NCBI GenBank assembly: GCA_005776585.1
Contig: SXOX01000044.1
Coordinates: 22,418 to 86,417, forward strand
Reading direction: 5' to 3'
DNA length: 64,000 bases
Source: Pseudomonadota bacterium
GTDB taxonomy: Bacteria > Myxococcota_A > UBA9042 > GCA-2863065
Shown: in pieces, positions 19,327 through 27,663 of the stretch
How positions within the stretch are numbered: the stretch's first letter is position 1
Layout of the letters: every line of letters starts with the position of its first letter
Translations under genes and position numbers: made by a program
Notes under the pieces: generated by a model
What the model was told of the DNA's origin: nothing
Seen by the model: only the letters and a program-made list of their open reading frames with translations
Databases searched by the model: none

Positions 19327-21765
19327 GTGAGCGACCCCACGAGCCCAGCACCGTCGCGCCCGGAGTCCTTGCGCGTGCTCGGCCTGGCGGGGCTCCCGTT
19401 CGTCGTGATGTTCGCGTTCGTGTTGCACGCGTACAGCCGGGACGTCGCCGGAGCGCCGACGGTGCCTCCGTCGGGCCCGGACGCGCCGCTCCGGTCGGGG
19501 GCGGTCGATGCACGCGTCGTGATCGTCATCGTGGACAGCCTGGCGCGACGCGACGCGCTGGACGCGCCGATGATGCCCTCGCTCGCATCGCTGAGAGCCA
19601 CCGGGCTCCACGGGCCCCTGCATTCGTGCGCCGCCAACTTTACACTGCCCTGTCTGCTCACCGCGTTCGAGGGGCGAGCCTCGCCGTTCCTTGCGGCGCT
19701 CTCCAACTTCCAGGCCACGGCGCGCACGCAGCCGAGCCTCCTGCGCGCGCTCCGAGCGCGCGGCGATCGCGTCGCGCTCATCTCCGATCACACGCTGCCC
19801 GAGCTCTACCCGGGAACCTTCGTCGATGGCGGGAGCACCGAAGAGAGCGGCATCCCCATCGATGAGCGCGATCGGTGGACCTTCGACCAGGCGCGGGGCT
19901 GGCTCGCAGCGCGGTCGCACGAGGTGCTCGTCCTGCACGTCGTTGGCACCGACAAGGTCTCGCACGTCGCGACCTTCCAGGACGGTGAGTATCAGACCGT
20001 CTTCCGCGAGGCGGACGCGTTCGTCGGCGAGCTGATGCGGACGCTCGACCTCTCCCGTGACACGCTCGTCGTGTTCGGCGATCACGGTCACGGCAAGAAC
20101 GGCGATCACGACCGGGACGCCTACTATCTCGCCGCCGGGCCGGGACTGGCGCGCGGCGAGGTCGCTCTGGATCAGACGAGCCTACTGTTCCTGCTCGCCC
20201 GGGTGACCGGGACCGCTCTCCCTGAGCACTACGAGGGGACGCTGGCCTGGGAGCTCCTCGCCGCCGAGGACCGCGCTGAAGCCGGGTGGCGCGAGACGGT
20301 CGCGCGCGCCTGGGACCTCCCGGAGTCGAGTCGCACCGCGCTCGAGGCCGCGCTCGGCGAGAAGCACGCGCGCCTGAGCGATCGACCGCTCCAGTCGCTC
20401 ATCGGCCTGCTGCCGTGGCTGCTCGCGATGCTGTGGCTGCTCGCGCTGTTGTGGCAGGTGACGCTTGCGCGCATCCCCCCACCCGCGTGGCTCGGAGTCT
20501 CGGTTCTGGCCGGACTGGCGGCGTGCCTTCTGGCGGTGGCGTGGGCGCCGTGGCTGTCGTGGCTCGCGCTCGGCGCCCTCGTCTGGCGCCTCGGGCCATC
20601 CCTCGCCCGACCGCTGGCCGTGGGGGCACTCCTGGCGCTCGCGGTCGCGACGACCGGCGTGCTCATCCCGGTCATCGTCCGCATCTTCCACGTCACCGAC
20701 GACTCGCTGGGACCCCTCGTGCTTTGGTTCGGCGTCACGCTCGGCACGCCGGCGCTCGCGGGCGCGCTGATTCCTCCGACGGCCGAGCGCGGTCGGACGG
20801 CGGCGGCCGCCCTCGCTGCGCTCACGGTCGCAGCGCTCCTGCCAGCCCCGGGCGTCTATTACTACGCCGTACTGCAATCGGTGTCCCACGTCCTGCCCGT
20901 CGGTCTGCTCCTCGTGGCCCTGACCCAGCCGTCGCTTCGGCGGTCACCCGCGCGTTGGTGGCTGACCGCCGGTGTCGCCACCGCGCTGCCCTTGCTGGCG
21001 GTACAAGCGGGCGGCTGGGACTTCCACTATCGCGTCGTGCTCTGGCTGAACTCGCGTGGCGAGGCTGTCTCCAGCGTGACCGCCGGCCTCATGGCCGTCC
21101 TGGTGGCCGCTGTCGCGCGACGCCAAGGCACGACGGCTATGCTCCTCGCGGGGATCGCGACGGCCGCCGCCGCCGCGCTGCTCCAGGGCCCGTTCGAGTT
21201 CGACGCCTGTCGCGTCGGCGCCCTGCTCTGTGCGGTCGTGCCGGCGGCCTGCGCGCTGCCGCTGCTTCTGGGAGAGGGCCAAGCACCTCCGACGCGCACG
21301 CAGAGGCTCTGGGCCGCGATCGCGCTCGCCGGGTTGTGCGCCGTTGGGACATGGGTCGCGACCGAAGGCCCGTACCTCCGCAATATGCGGGTCGACTTTG
21401 CGCTGCGCTGGCTGGGCAAGACGTTCTCGAACGAGCACACGCTCGCGATCGCCGCAGGCACCGTCATCATCGCCAAGTACGCGACGCTCGTGCTTCTCTT
21501 TGTCATCGCGGCCACCGCCGCGCTTGGGGCACGTCGCGCGGCGACGACGGTTGCTCCGTTGGCGTTGGCGCTGCTCGGCGTCAAGCTGCTGGCCTTGGCC
21601 CTACAGATGAGCGCCGTTGCCTTCGTCGAGGAGGAGAAATCGTCGGATCTGCTGTTGCAGGAGGCGATGGGGATCTGGTTTACGGGAGTCGTACTCTGGC
21701 TGGGTTTTGCGGCCTCCGCGGCGGGCGGGCGAGTCCTGCCGCACTCCCCCGAACAACTTACATAA
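19327..21765 (+). CDS. Alkaline-phosphatase-superfamily (sulfatase/phosphotransferase-like) domain fused to a C-terminal polytopic membrane domain
   Basis: One N-terminal TM, then RVVIVIVDSLARRD...GDHGHGKNGDHDRD (metal-binding core of the AlkP/sulfatase superfamily), then ~10 hydrophobic helices over the last ~450 aa. GTG start at 19327 with no ATG nearby. Confidence 0.7.
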   Translation: MSDPTSPAPSRPESLRVLGLAGLPFVVMFAFVLHAYSRDVAGAPTVPPSGPDAPLRSGAVDARVVIVIVDSLARRDALDAPMMPSLASLRATGLHGPLHSCAANFTLPCLLTAFEGRASPFLAALSNFQATARTQPSLLRALRARGDRVALISDHTLPELYPGTFVDGGSTEESGIPIDERDRWTFDQARGWLAARSHEVLVLHVVGTDKVSHVATFQDGEYQTVFREADAFVGELMRTLDLSRDTLVVFGDHGHGKNGDHDRDAYYLAAGPGLARGEVALDQTSLLFLLARVTGTALPEHYEGTLAWELLAAEDRAEAGWRETVARAWDLPESSRTALEAALGEKHARLSDRPLQSLIGLLPWLLAMLWLLALLWQVTLARIPPPAWLGVSVLAGLAACLLAVAWAPWLSWLALGALVWRLGPSLARPLAVGALLALAVATTGVLIPVIVRIFHVTDDSLGPLVLWFGVTLGTPALAGALIPPTAERGRTAAAALAALTVAALLPAPGVYYYAVLQSVSHVLPVGLLLVALTQPSLRRSPARWWLTAGVATALPLLAVQAGGWDFHYRVVLWLNSRGEAVSSVTAGLMAVLVAAVARRQGTTAMLLAGIATAAAAALLQGPFEFDACRVGALLCAVVPAACALPLLLGEGQAPPTRTQRLWAAIALAGLCAVGTWVATEGPYLRNMRVDFALRWLGKTFSNEHTLAIAAGTVIIAKYATLVLLFVIAATAALGARRAATTVAPLALALLGVKLLALALQMSAVAFVEEEKSSDLLLQEAMGIWFTGVVLWLGFAASAAGGRVLPHSPEQLT

Positions 21766-21875
21766 CACAAAAAATACGAGGAGACTTGAAGTTCGACGAG
21801 CGCGGACCGATAGAAGAAGGAACCATGACTTCGCGGTGAAAGGGACCGCGGCGGTCGAAGGTCGAAGGGCAGTCA

Positions 21876-21889
21876 CCGGGGTGACCCTA
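21876..21889. promoter_or_regulatory. Perfect palindrome GTCACCGGGGTGAC in an unusually AT-rich intergenic region upstream of the deacetylase gene
   Basis: 21766-21914 contains aacacaaaaaatacgaggagacttgaagttcg, which is strikingly AT-rich for this genome. It also contains the tandem gtcgaagg x2 and the 6-2-6 palindrome 26 bp upstream of the ATG at 21915. Confidence 0.35.
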
Positions 21890-21914
21890 ACGAGACATCG
21901 CGAGGTACCGACTC

Positions 21915-23036
21915 ATGTACCGCCTCCTCAAGCGCGTCATCTACCGTGGCGCTCGAGCGCTTGGCCTCTTTCGGCTCGCCTGGCTGTTGACCGGTCGTGG
22001 TCTGCGGATCCTGGGATACCACGCGCTCTCACGCGACGATGAGCACCACTACGCGCCCGACGTGTTTATGGCGCAGGCCACGTTTCGCCGCCGTCTCGCG
22101 CTGCTGAAGCGTTGGAGGGTCACCGTGCTCGGCCTTGGGGATGCGCTCGCGCGCCTCGACGCTGGCACGCTCCCGCGAGGCGCGACGGTCGTCACCTTCG
22201 ACGACGGTTGGGCCACGACGGCCGAGGCGGTCCGGCTACTGCGGAGCGACGCGATGCCTGCGACCGTCTACGTCACGACGCAGGAGGCGCTGTCGGCCGA
22301 GCCTGTGTTTCGCCATGTGGTCCGCTATCTGCTCCAGCGCACGAAGACCGAGACGCTGACGCTGGAGGGCCTCCTCGACGATGGGCGCACCACAGCGTCG
22401 ATTCGCACGACTGAAGAGCAGCAGGTGCTGGCCGAGCAGCTGATCGCACGCTGGGAGCCCGAGCGAGACCCAGCGGGCCTCGAGGCAATCGCTCGCACGT
22501 TGGCGGCGCGACTCGGGGACAGCTACGACCGCATCGTCACGTCAGGGCTGTTGACCATGCTTGGCGCCGAGGGCGTCCGCACGCTCGCCCACGAAGGCAC
22601 CGACATCCAGCTGCATACGCACCGGCACCACTTTCCGGTCGGCGCGCTCGAAGCCCTGAGCGAGCTGCGCGAGAACCGGGAGCACCTCGAGCCACTCACG
22701 TCTGCAACGACGGAGCACTTCTGCTATCCGTGCGGCCGTTGGAGCCCCGAGCACTGGCGTCCTCTCCACGAGGCCGGAGTCAAGACGGCCGTCACGTCCG
22801 ATCCGGGCTTCAACTACCGCGCGACGCCGAGGCTTGCCCTCAAGCGGTTCTTGGACTCCGAGTGCATCTCGGACATCGAGTTCGAGGCCGAGATCAGCGG
22901 CTTTCAGGAGCTCTTGCGCCGAGCGCGTGGCGCGGTCTCCCGCGCCGTACGCCGTTCGAGCGCGACGGCCGCCGCCGTTGGCGGCCACCCGGCGGTCGAG
23001 CCCCTCCTCTTGGTGGCAGCCACTCTGGAAGCCTGA
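21915..23036 (+). CDS. Polysaccharide deacetylase family protein (NodB homology domain)
   Basis: VVTFDDGW (motif 1 TFDDG), a His-rich motif HTHRHH, and the YHALSRDDEH context typical of the PgaB / polysaccharide deacetylase family. ATG at 21915. Confidence 0.75.
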   Translation: MYRLLKRVIYRGARALGLFRLAWLLTGRGLRILGYHALSRDDEHHYAPDVFMAQATFRRRLALLKRWRVTVLGLGDALARLDAGTLPRGATVVTFDDGWATTAEAVRLLRSDAMPATVYVTTQEALSAEPVFRHVVRYLLQRTKTETLTLEGLLDDGRTTASIRTTEEQQVLAEQLIARWEPERDPAGLEAIARTLAARLGDSYDRIVTSGLLTMLGAEGVRTLAHEGTDIQLHTHRHHFPVGALEALSELRENREHLEPLTSATTEHFCYPCGRWSPEHWRPLHEAGVKTAVTSDPGFNYRATPRLALKRFLDSECISDIEFEAEISGFQELLRRARGAVSRAVRRSSATAAAVGGHPAVEPLLLVAATLEA

Positions 23037-23208
23037 GCATCGGCCACGGCCAGGACGAATCGCCCCTTGTGGTGCCGTCGTAGTTCTGATAGGCGGGGCA
23101 CCCGAAGCGCCTCTGGGGCTGGTGGAGTCGTGCAGGTGCACTGGCTCCCGGCCCCAACCAAGGCGCCACGCGACGTGCGCGAGCACAGGGGCAGAGGAGC
23201 AGAGTCAC

Positions 23209-24507
23209 ATGAAGAGCTGGGTAAAGACATTGTCGGTGGCTGTGGCCGCCGTGGCCGTGAGCCTGACGGGCTGCAAGAAGGCCGAGCCCAAGAAGGAAGA
23301 GCCCAAGAAGGTCGAGCCGGCCAAGGCCGCCGAGCCCAAGAAGGAGGAGCCCAAGAAGGAGGAGCCCAAGGCTGGCGAGCCCAAGAAGGAGGAGCCCAAG
23401 GCCGAGCCCAAGAAGGAGGAGCCCAAGGCCGCCGAGCCCAAGAAGGAGGAGCCCAAGGCGCCTGCGGCAGCCGGCAACCTCGAGGTGATCAAGAAGTACT
23501 TCGCCGCGCTCGACGCAGGGAACCCGGATTGGACGCTGTATGCGGCCGACGCCGAGGTCACGTTCGTCGGTTCGCCCATGCCGCCGGCCAAGGGCATCGA
23601 GGCCGTCAAGGCATCGATGGGACCGCTGGGTAAGGCGTTCAGCGGCATGAAGCACGGCTTGGCCCGAATCTACGACGGGGGAGACACCGTCGTCGTGCAG
23701 GGCGTCATGAACGGCAAGAACACAGGCGAGTTCATGGGCAAGCCTGCGACCAACAAGGACTGCGGCATGGAGTTCGCTACGGTCTACACGTTTGCCGGTG
23801 GCAAGATCGCCAAGTCACAGATCTACGGTGACATGGCCACGCTCATGGCGCAGATGGGAATGATCCCCAACCGTCCCGCGCCGGCAGTCCCGGCACTCCC
23901 TGCCACGACCGAGGTCGTCAAGGTGGCCCCGAACGAGGCGCGGCTCAAGGAGTACAACGAGGGCGGCGAGGCCATGGGCAAGAACGACATGGCGTGGTTC
24001 GACGCGCGCATGGACGCCAACGTCGAGATGGTCGATCACGCGATGGGCATGCGGCTCAAGGGCATGGAGGCCTGGAAGAAGGGCGTCAGCGAGTGGAAGG
24101 CCGGCTTCCCCGAGTCCAAGATGGCCTCGACCTCGGTCTGGACGGCGGGCGACTACGTCGTCGCCACGGGCGTCTGGAGCGGCAAGAACACGGGCGACAT
24201 GGGCGAGATCAAGGCCACCAACAAGGAGGCCAAGATCGACTACCTGCACGTGCTGAAGTACGCCAACGGCAAGGTCGTGTGGGACGAGATGTACTCGAGC
24301 TCGATGCAGTTCGCGATGCAGCTCGGCCTGATGGATGCACCGAAGGCTCCCGAGGGTGGCGCCGCTCCTGCGGGCGACAAGCCGGCGGGCGACAAGGCCG
24401 CCGCTCCCGAGGGCGACAAGCCCGCGGCTCCGGCGGGTGACAAGGCCGCTGCCCCCGCAGGCGACAAGCCGGCGGGCGACAAGCCGGCCGCGCCCGCCTC
24501 CAAGTAG
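23209..24507 (+). CDS. Lipoprotein with a KEEPK low-complexity linker, two tandem NTF2-like/SnoaL-like domains and a C-terminal PAGDK repeat tail
   Basis: ATG at 23209 with GAGGAG ~10 nt upstream. Lipobox in MKSWVKTLSVAVAAVAVSLTGC. (A/E)EPKKEEPK x~9. Two ~130-aa modules beginning LEVIKKYFAALDAG... and EARLKEYNEGGEAM... resemble SnoaL-like / ester-cyclase NTF2 folds. The tail is (PAGDK)n. Confidence 0.7.
   Translation: MKSWVKTLSVAVAAVAVSLTGCKKAEPKKEEPKKVEPAKAAEPKKEEPKKEEPKAGEPKKEEPKAEPKKEEPKAAEPKKEEPKAPAAAGNLEVIKKYFAALDAGNPDWTLYAADAEVTFVGSPMPPAKGIEAVKASMGPLGKAFSGMKHGLARIYDGGDTVVVQGVMNGKNTGEFMGKPATNKDCGMEFATVYTFAGGKIAKSQIYGDMATLMAQMGMIPNRPAPAVPALPATTEVVKVAPNEARLKEYNEGGEAMGKNDMAWFDARMDANVEMVDHAMGMRLKGMEAWKKGVSEWKAGFPESKMASTSVWTAGDYVVATGVWSGKNTGDMGEIKATNKEAKIDYLHVLKYANGKVVWDEMYSSSMQFAMQLGLMDAPKAPEGGAAPAGDKPAGDKAAAPEGDKPAAPAGDKAAAPAGDKPAGDKPAAPASK
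23281..23460 (+). repeat. Coding microsatellite-like repeat (gagcccaagaaggag units) encoding the KEEPK linker
   Basis: Imperfect direct tandem repeats of a 15-30 bp unit are visible in the DNA. Confidence 0.7.
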
Positions 24508-24542
24508 CTCGCGATGTTGGCCAGCGGCTCGCTCGACGGGCC

Positions 24543-24584
24543 GCAGCCAATCCCACGCAGCCAATCCCACGCAGCCAATCCCAC
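24543..24584. repeat. Three perfect tandem copies of the 14-bp unit GCAGCCAATCCCAC, 72-113 bp upstream of the GH25 gene start
   Basis: 24543-24556, 24557-24570 and 24571-24584 are identical. A partial fourth copy follows (cccgtcaatccgtcac). This is a candidate iterated operator or promoter element. Confidence 0.85.
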
Positions 24585-24655
24585 CCCGTCAATCCGTCAC
24601 TCCACGACGAATTCGCTAGGCCCGCCCCTGGGGGGACCGAGTACACTACGCGACC

Positions 24656-27607
24656 ATGTCGCCGTCCGTACTTCGCTGCGTCTTTCTCGTGAGCGCCCTG
24701 GCTATCGCTTCCCACGCGGGGGCGGTCACTTACTGCATCGCCAAAGACAACGTCTTTGGTATCGACGTGTCCAAGTGGCAAGGCAAGATCGACTGGAAGA
24801 AGGCCAAGGCCGACGGCGTGGTGTTTGCCTACGCGCGCGCCACCAATGGCACGGGCATCATGGACGAGTGGTTCGATGAGAACTGGGCCGGCATGAAGGC
24901 CAACGGCATCATCCGCGGTGCCTATCAGTTTTTTCGGCCGGGGCAGGACGCCAAGGCGCAGGCCAACCTCATGCTGCAGAAGATCGGCACGCTCGGCGCC
25001 GGTGACCTCCCGCCGATGATCGACGTCGAAGAGGATGACGGCCAGGCGCCTTCGGTGGTGGCCAAGAAGGTCGGCGAGTGGCTCGCCATCGTCGAGGCCG
25101 CCACGGGCAAGAAGCCGTTTATTTACACGGGTACCTGGTTCTGGGATCCGCAGGTCGGGAGCGCTGCGTACAAGGACTACCCGCTCTGGGAGTCGTGGTA
25201 CTGCACCGGCTGCTGCCCGAAGCTCCCGTCGCCGTGGACCTCCATGCTGCTCTGGCAGTACTCGTCGACCGGGAGCGTCAACGGCATCTCGGGCAATGTG
25301 GACACGAACCTGTTCGATGGCCCGTTGTCGGAGCTGTTGACCTACACCTTCGGCGACACGCCGCCGCCGGTGAACGGCCCGGTCATGGAGATCAGCGCCA
25401 AGACGTCAGCGCCCGACGTCCGCAAGGAAGGTCCGTCGGCGGGCATCGGGGACACGTTCGAGGGCGACACGATCTCGGTCGACATCATCGTGAAGAACGC
25501 CGGAAACAAGAACACGCCCGACTACGTCAAGATTGGCTATTGGGTCGAGGCGCCCTACCTCGGCATCAAGACGTACACCATCTACTCGGACTGGCCGGCC
25601 AAAGACGGCAAGACCTGGAAGGTGAACGACTCGGACACGGCCCCAGACAACCCGCCGAAGACCGCTGTCCCGAGCACGGGTCCCATGAACCTGTACGCGA
25701 TGGCCGCAGGAGAGTCGAAGCGGATCCACTTCGTCATCGACGCCAAGAAGTACAGCCTGGGAGCCGCCGATCACCCCGATGTGCGTGCGTGGATCTGGCA
25801 TGTCGGAGGCTACTATGGCGAGCAGACGAGCTGGGACGATCCGGTCGAGACGAACAAGGCCGGCAAGCTGCTGCGCACCTACGTCCAGCACGACGTCTTC
25901 GGCAAGACGCACTGGGAGTGGAATGGCGCGGGGCCGGAGACCGAGGGGTGGACGATCGGCAACGCGCTCAAGACGCTGTCGGTCAACACGGTCGACCACT
26001 GCATCGCGGGGGACATGAACGGCGCGGACCCGTTCCTGGTCTCGCCGGCCACGATTATCGACGCGAGCAAGCTCAAGGGCATCGAGGCGCGCGTGCGCTA
26101 CTACGTCGCGACGGGTGCGGCGCGGCTGTATTGGACGACCACGGCCGAACCGCAATTCGACGAGGCCAAGGCCATCGACTTCGAGTCCACCGGGGACAAG
26201 GCGTTTCACGCCGTGGAGATCGATCTGTCGAAGCACCCGAAATGGGCGGGCACCGTCACCAAGCTGCGCCTCGACCCGCTCACGACCGGGACCGGGTGGT
26301 ACGACATCGACTATGTGCGCGCGGTCGCGGGCGCTGGGCCGACGACCGGCGACAGCGACAAGGACGGCCACGTCAACTCCAAAGACTGTGACGACACGAA
26401 CGCGGCGATTCACCCCGGGGCGACCGAGGTGTGCAATCAGAAGGACGACGACTGCGACGGCAAGGTCGACGAGGGCGTCGCGGGCTGCCAGGGCGGGTGC
26501 ATCAAGACGGGGCCCGAGGTATGCGGCAACGGCAAGGACGACGACTGCAACGGCACCGCCGACGACGGCTGCAACGGCTGCGTGCCCACGGGCGCCGAGG
26601 TGTGCGGCAACGGCAAGGACGACGACTGCAACGGCGCGACCGACGAAGGCTGTACGGGCTGCTCGGGCGGCGCGCAGCCGGAGACCTGCAATGGCCAGGA
26701 CGATGACTGCGACGGCAAGGTCGACGAGGACTTCCAGGTGGGCGCGGCCTGCGGTGCGGGCGTCGGCGCCTGCTACGTCCCGGGCCAGATCGGCTGCGGA
26801 AGCGACGGCAAGCCCTACTGCTCCGCCAAGCCCGGCACTCCGGGGACCGAGGTCTGCAACGGCCTAGACGACGACTGTGACGGGCAGGCTGACGAGGGCT
26901 TCGACGTCGGGAAGGCGTGCAGCCTCTCGGTCCTGTCCTGCACCTCGAAAGGCGTCACGGTGTGTCAGCTCGACGGCACGGTCGACTGCGGCGCGCCCAA
27001 GCCGGTCGCGGGACCGGAGGTCTGCAACGGCCTCGATGACGACTGCGACGGGCAAACCGACGAGGGCTTCGGCATCGGTGAGGCCTGCACGACGGGCGAG
27101 GGCGCCTGCGCCGCCAGCGGAACGCGCGCGTGCGACGGGGAGGACGGCACGCGGTGCCACGTTGCGGTGCCTGCTGGCGCAGTCGAGGTCTGCAATGGCG
27201 TCGACGACGATTGCGATGGTGAGGTCGACGAGGGCTTCGAGGTCGGCGAGCCGTGCGAGGCCCAGGAGGGCTCGTGTCGCATCAAGGGCAACCTCACGTG
27301 TGCCAAGACGGGCGCTGCGGGGCTGCGATGTCGACCCCGAACACGCGTGGATCCGAGCTGCAACCCCATCCCGGGCACCGGACCGAGCTCGGTGAACCCC
27401 GAGGCCAAGACGAGCGGTGACGTGGTGTCGTTTGGCGGAGGGTGGAGCGACACGAGCACGGGCGCCCAGACCAGCGGTCAATCGAGCGACGGCTGCGCCC
27501 AGGGCGCGCACTCTCGACCGAGCGCGCTCCTCCTCGCCGCGCTGGCGCTGCTCGTGACCGCGGGCCTCGGTCGTCGTCGGAGTGCGCGCGCGCCACGATC
27601 GACGTAG
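24656..27607 (+). CDS. Secreted GH25-family muramidase (lysozyme) with a central unknown domain, ~8 MopE-like CNGxDDDCDG cysteine repeats and a MYXO-CTERM-type sorting tail
   Basis: Signal peptide. GIDVSKWQGKIDWKKAKADGVVFAYARATNG...DLPPMIDVE is the GH25 signature. The repeats CNGQDDDCDGKVDE, CNGLDDDCDGQADEGF, CNGVDDDCDGEVDEGF... match the putative metal-binding MopE-type motif. The C-terminus DGCAQGAHSRPSALLLAALALLVTAGLGRRRSA is Cys, then a hydrophobic stretch, then an Arg cluster. Confidence 0.85.
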   Translation: MSPSVLRCVFLVSALAIASHAGAVTYCIAKDNVFGIDVSKWQGKIDWKKAKADGVVFAYARATNGTGIMDEWFDENWAGMKANGIIRGAYQFFRPGQDAKAQANLMLQKIGTLGAGDLPPMIDVEEDDGQAPSVVAKKVGEWLAIVEAATGKKPFIYTGTWFWDPQVGSAAYKDYPLWESWYCTGCCPKLPSPWTSMLLWQYSSTGSVNGISGNVDTNLFDGPLSELLTYTFGDTPPPVNGPVMEISAKTSAPDVRKEGPSAGIGDTFEGDTISVDIIVKNAGNKNTPDYVKIGYWVEAPYLGIKTYTIYSDWPAKDGKTWKVNDSDTAPDNPPKTAVPSTGPMNLYAMAAGESKRIHFVIDAKKYSLGAADHPDVRAWIWHVGGYYGEQTSWDDPVETNKAGKLLRTYVQHDVFGKTHWEWNGAGPETEGWTIGNALKTLSVNTVDHCIAGDMNGADPFLVSPATIIDASKLKGIEARVRYYVATGAARLYWTTTAEPQFDEAKAIDFESTGDKAFHAVEIDLSKHPKWAGTVTKLRLDPLTTGTGWYDIDYVRAVAGAGPTTGDSDKDGHVNSKDCDDTNAAIHPGATEVCNQKDDDCDGKVDEGVAGCQGGCIKTGPEVCGNGKDDDCNGTADDGCNGCVPTGAEVCGNGKDDDCNGATDEGCTGCSGGAQPETCNGQDDDCDGKVDEDFQVGAACGAGVGACYVPGQIGCGSDGKPYCSAKPGTPGTEVCNGLDDDCDGQADEGFDVGKACSLSVLSCTSKGVTVCQLDGTVDCGAPKPVAGPEVCNGLDDDCDGQTDEGFGIGEACTTGEGACAASGTRACDGEDGTRCHVAVPAGAVEVCNGVDDDCDGEVDEGFEVGEPCEAQEGSCRIKGNLTCAKTGAAGLRCRPRTRVDPSCNPIPGTGPSSVNPEAKTSGDVVSFGGGWSDTSTGAQTSGQSSDGCAQGAHSRPSALLLAALALLVTAGLGRRRSARAPRST

Positions 27608-27663
27608 CCACGGCGGCCGTCCTGGCTATACTCTGCCGCCGCGAGCGCGGTGGGAGACCGAAC

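Noticed and set aside
20286-21839. 517-aa plus ORF in an alternate frame over the AlkP-membrane gene
   Set aside because: Arg/Gly-rich. The frame starting 19327 carries the GDHGHG metal-binding core and TM helices.
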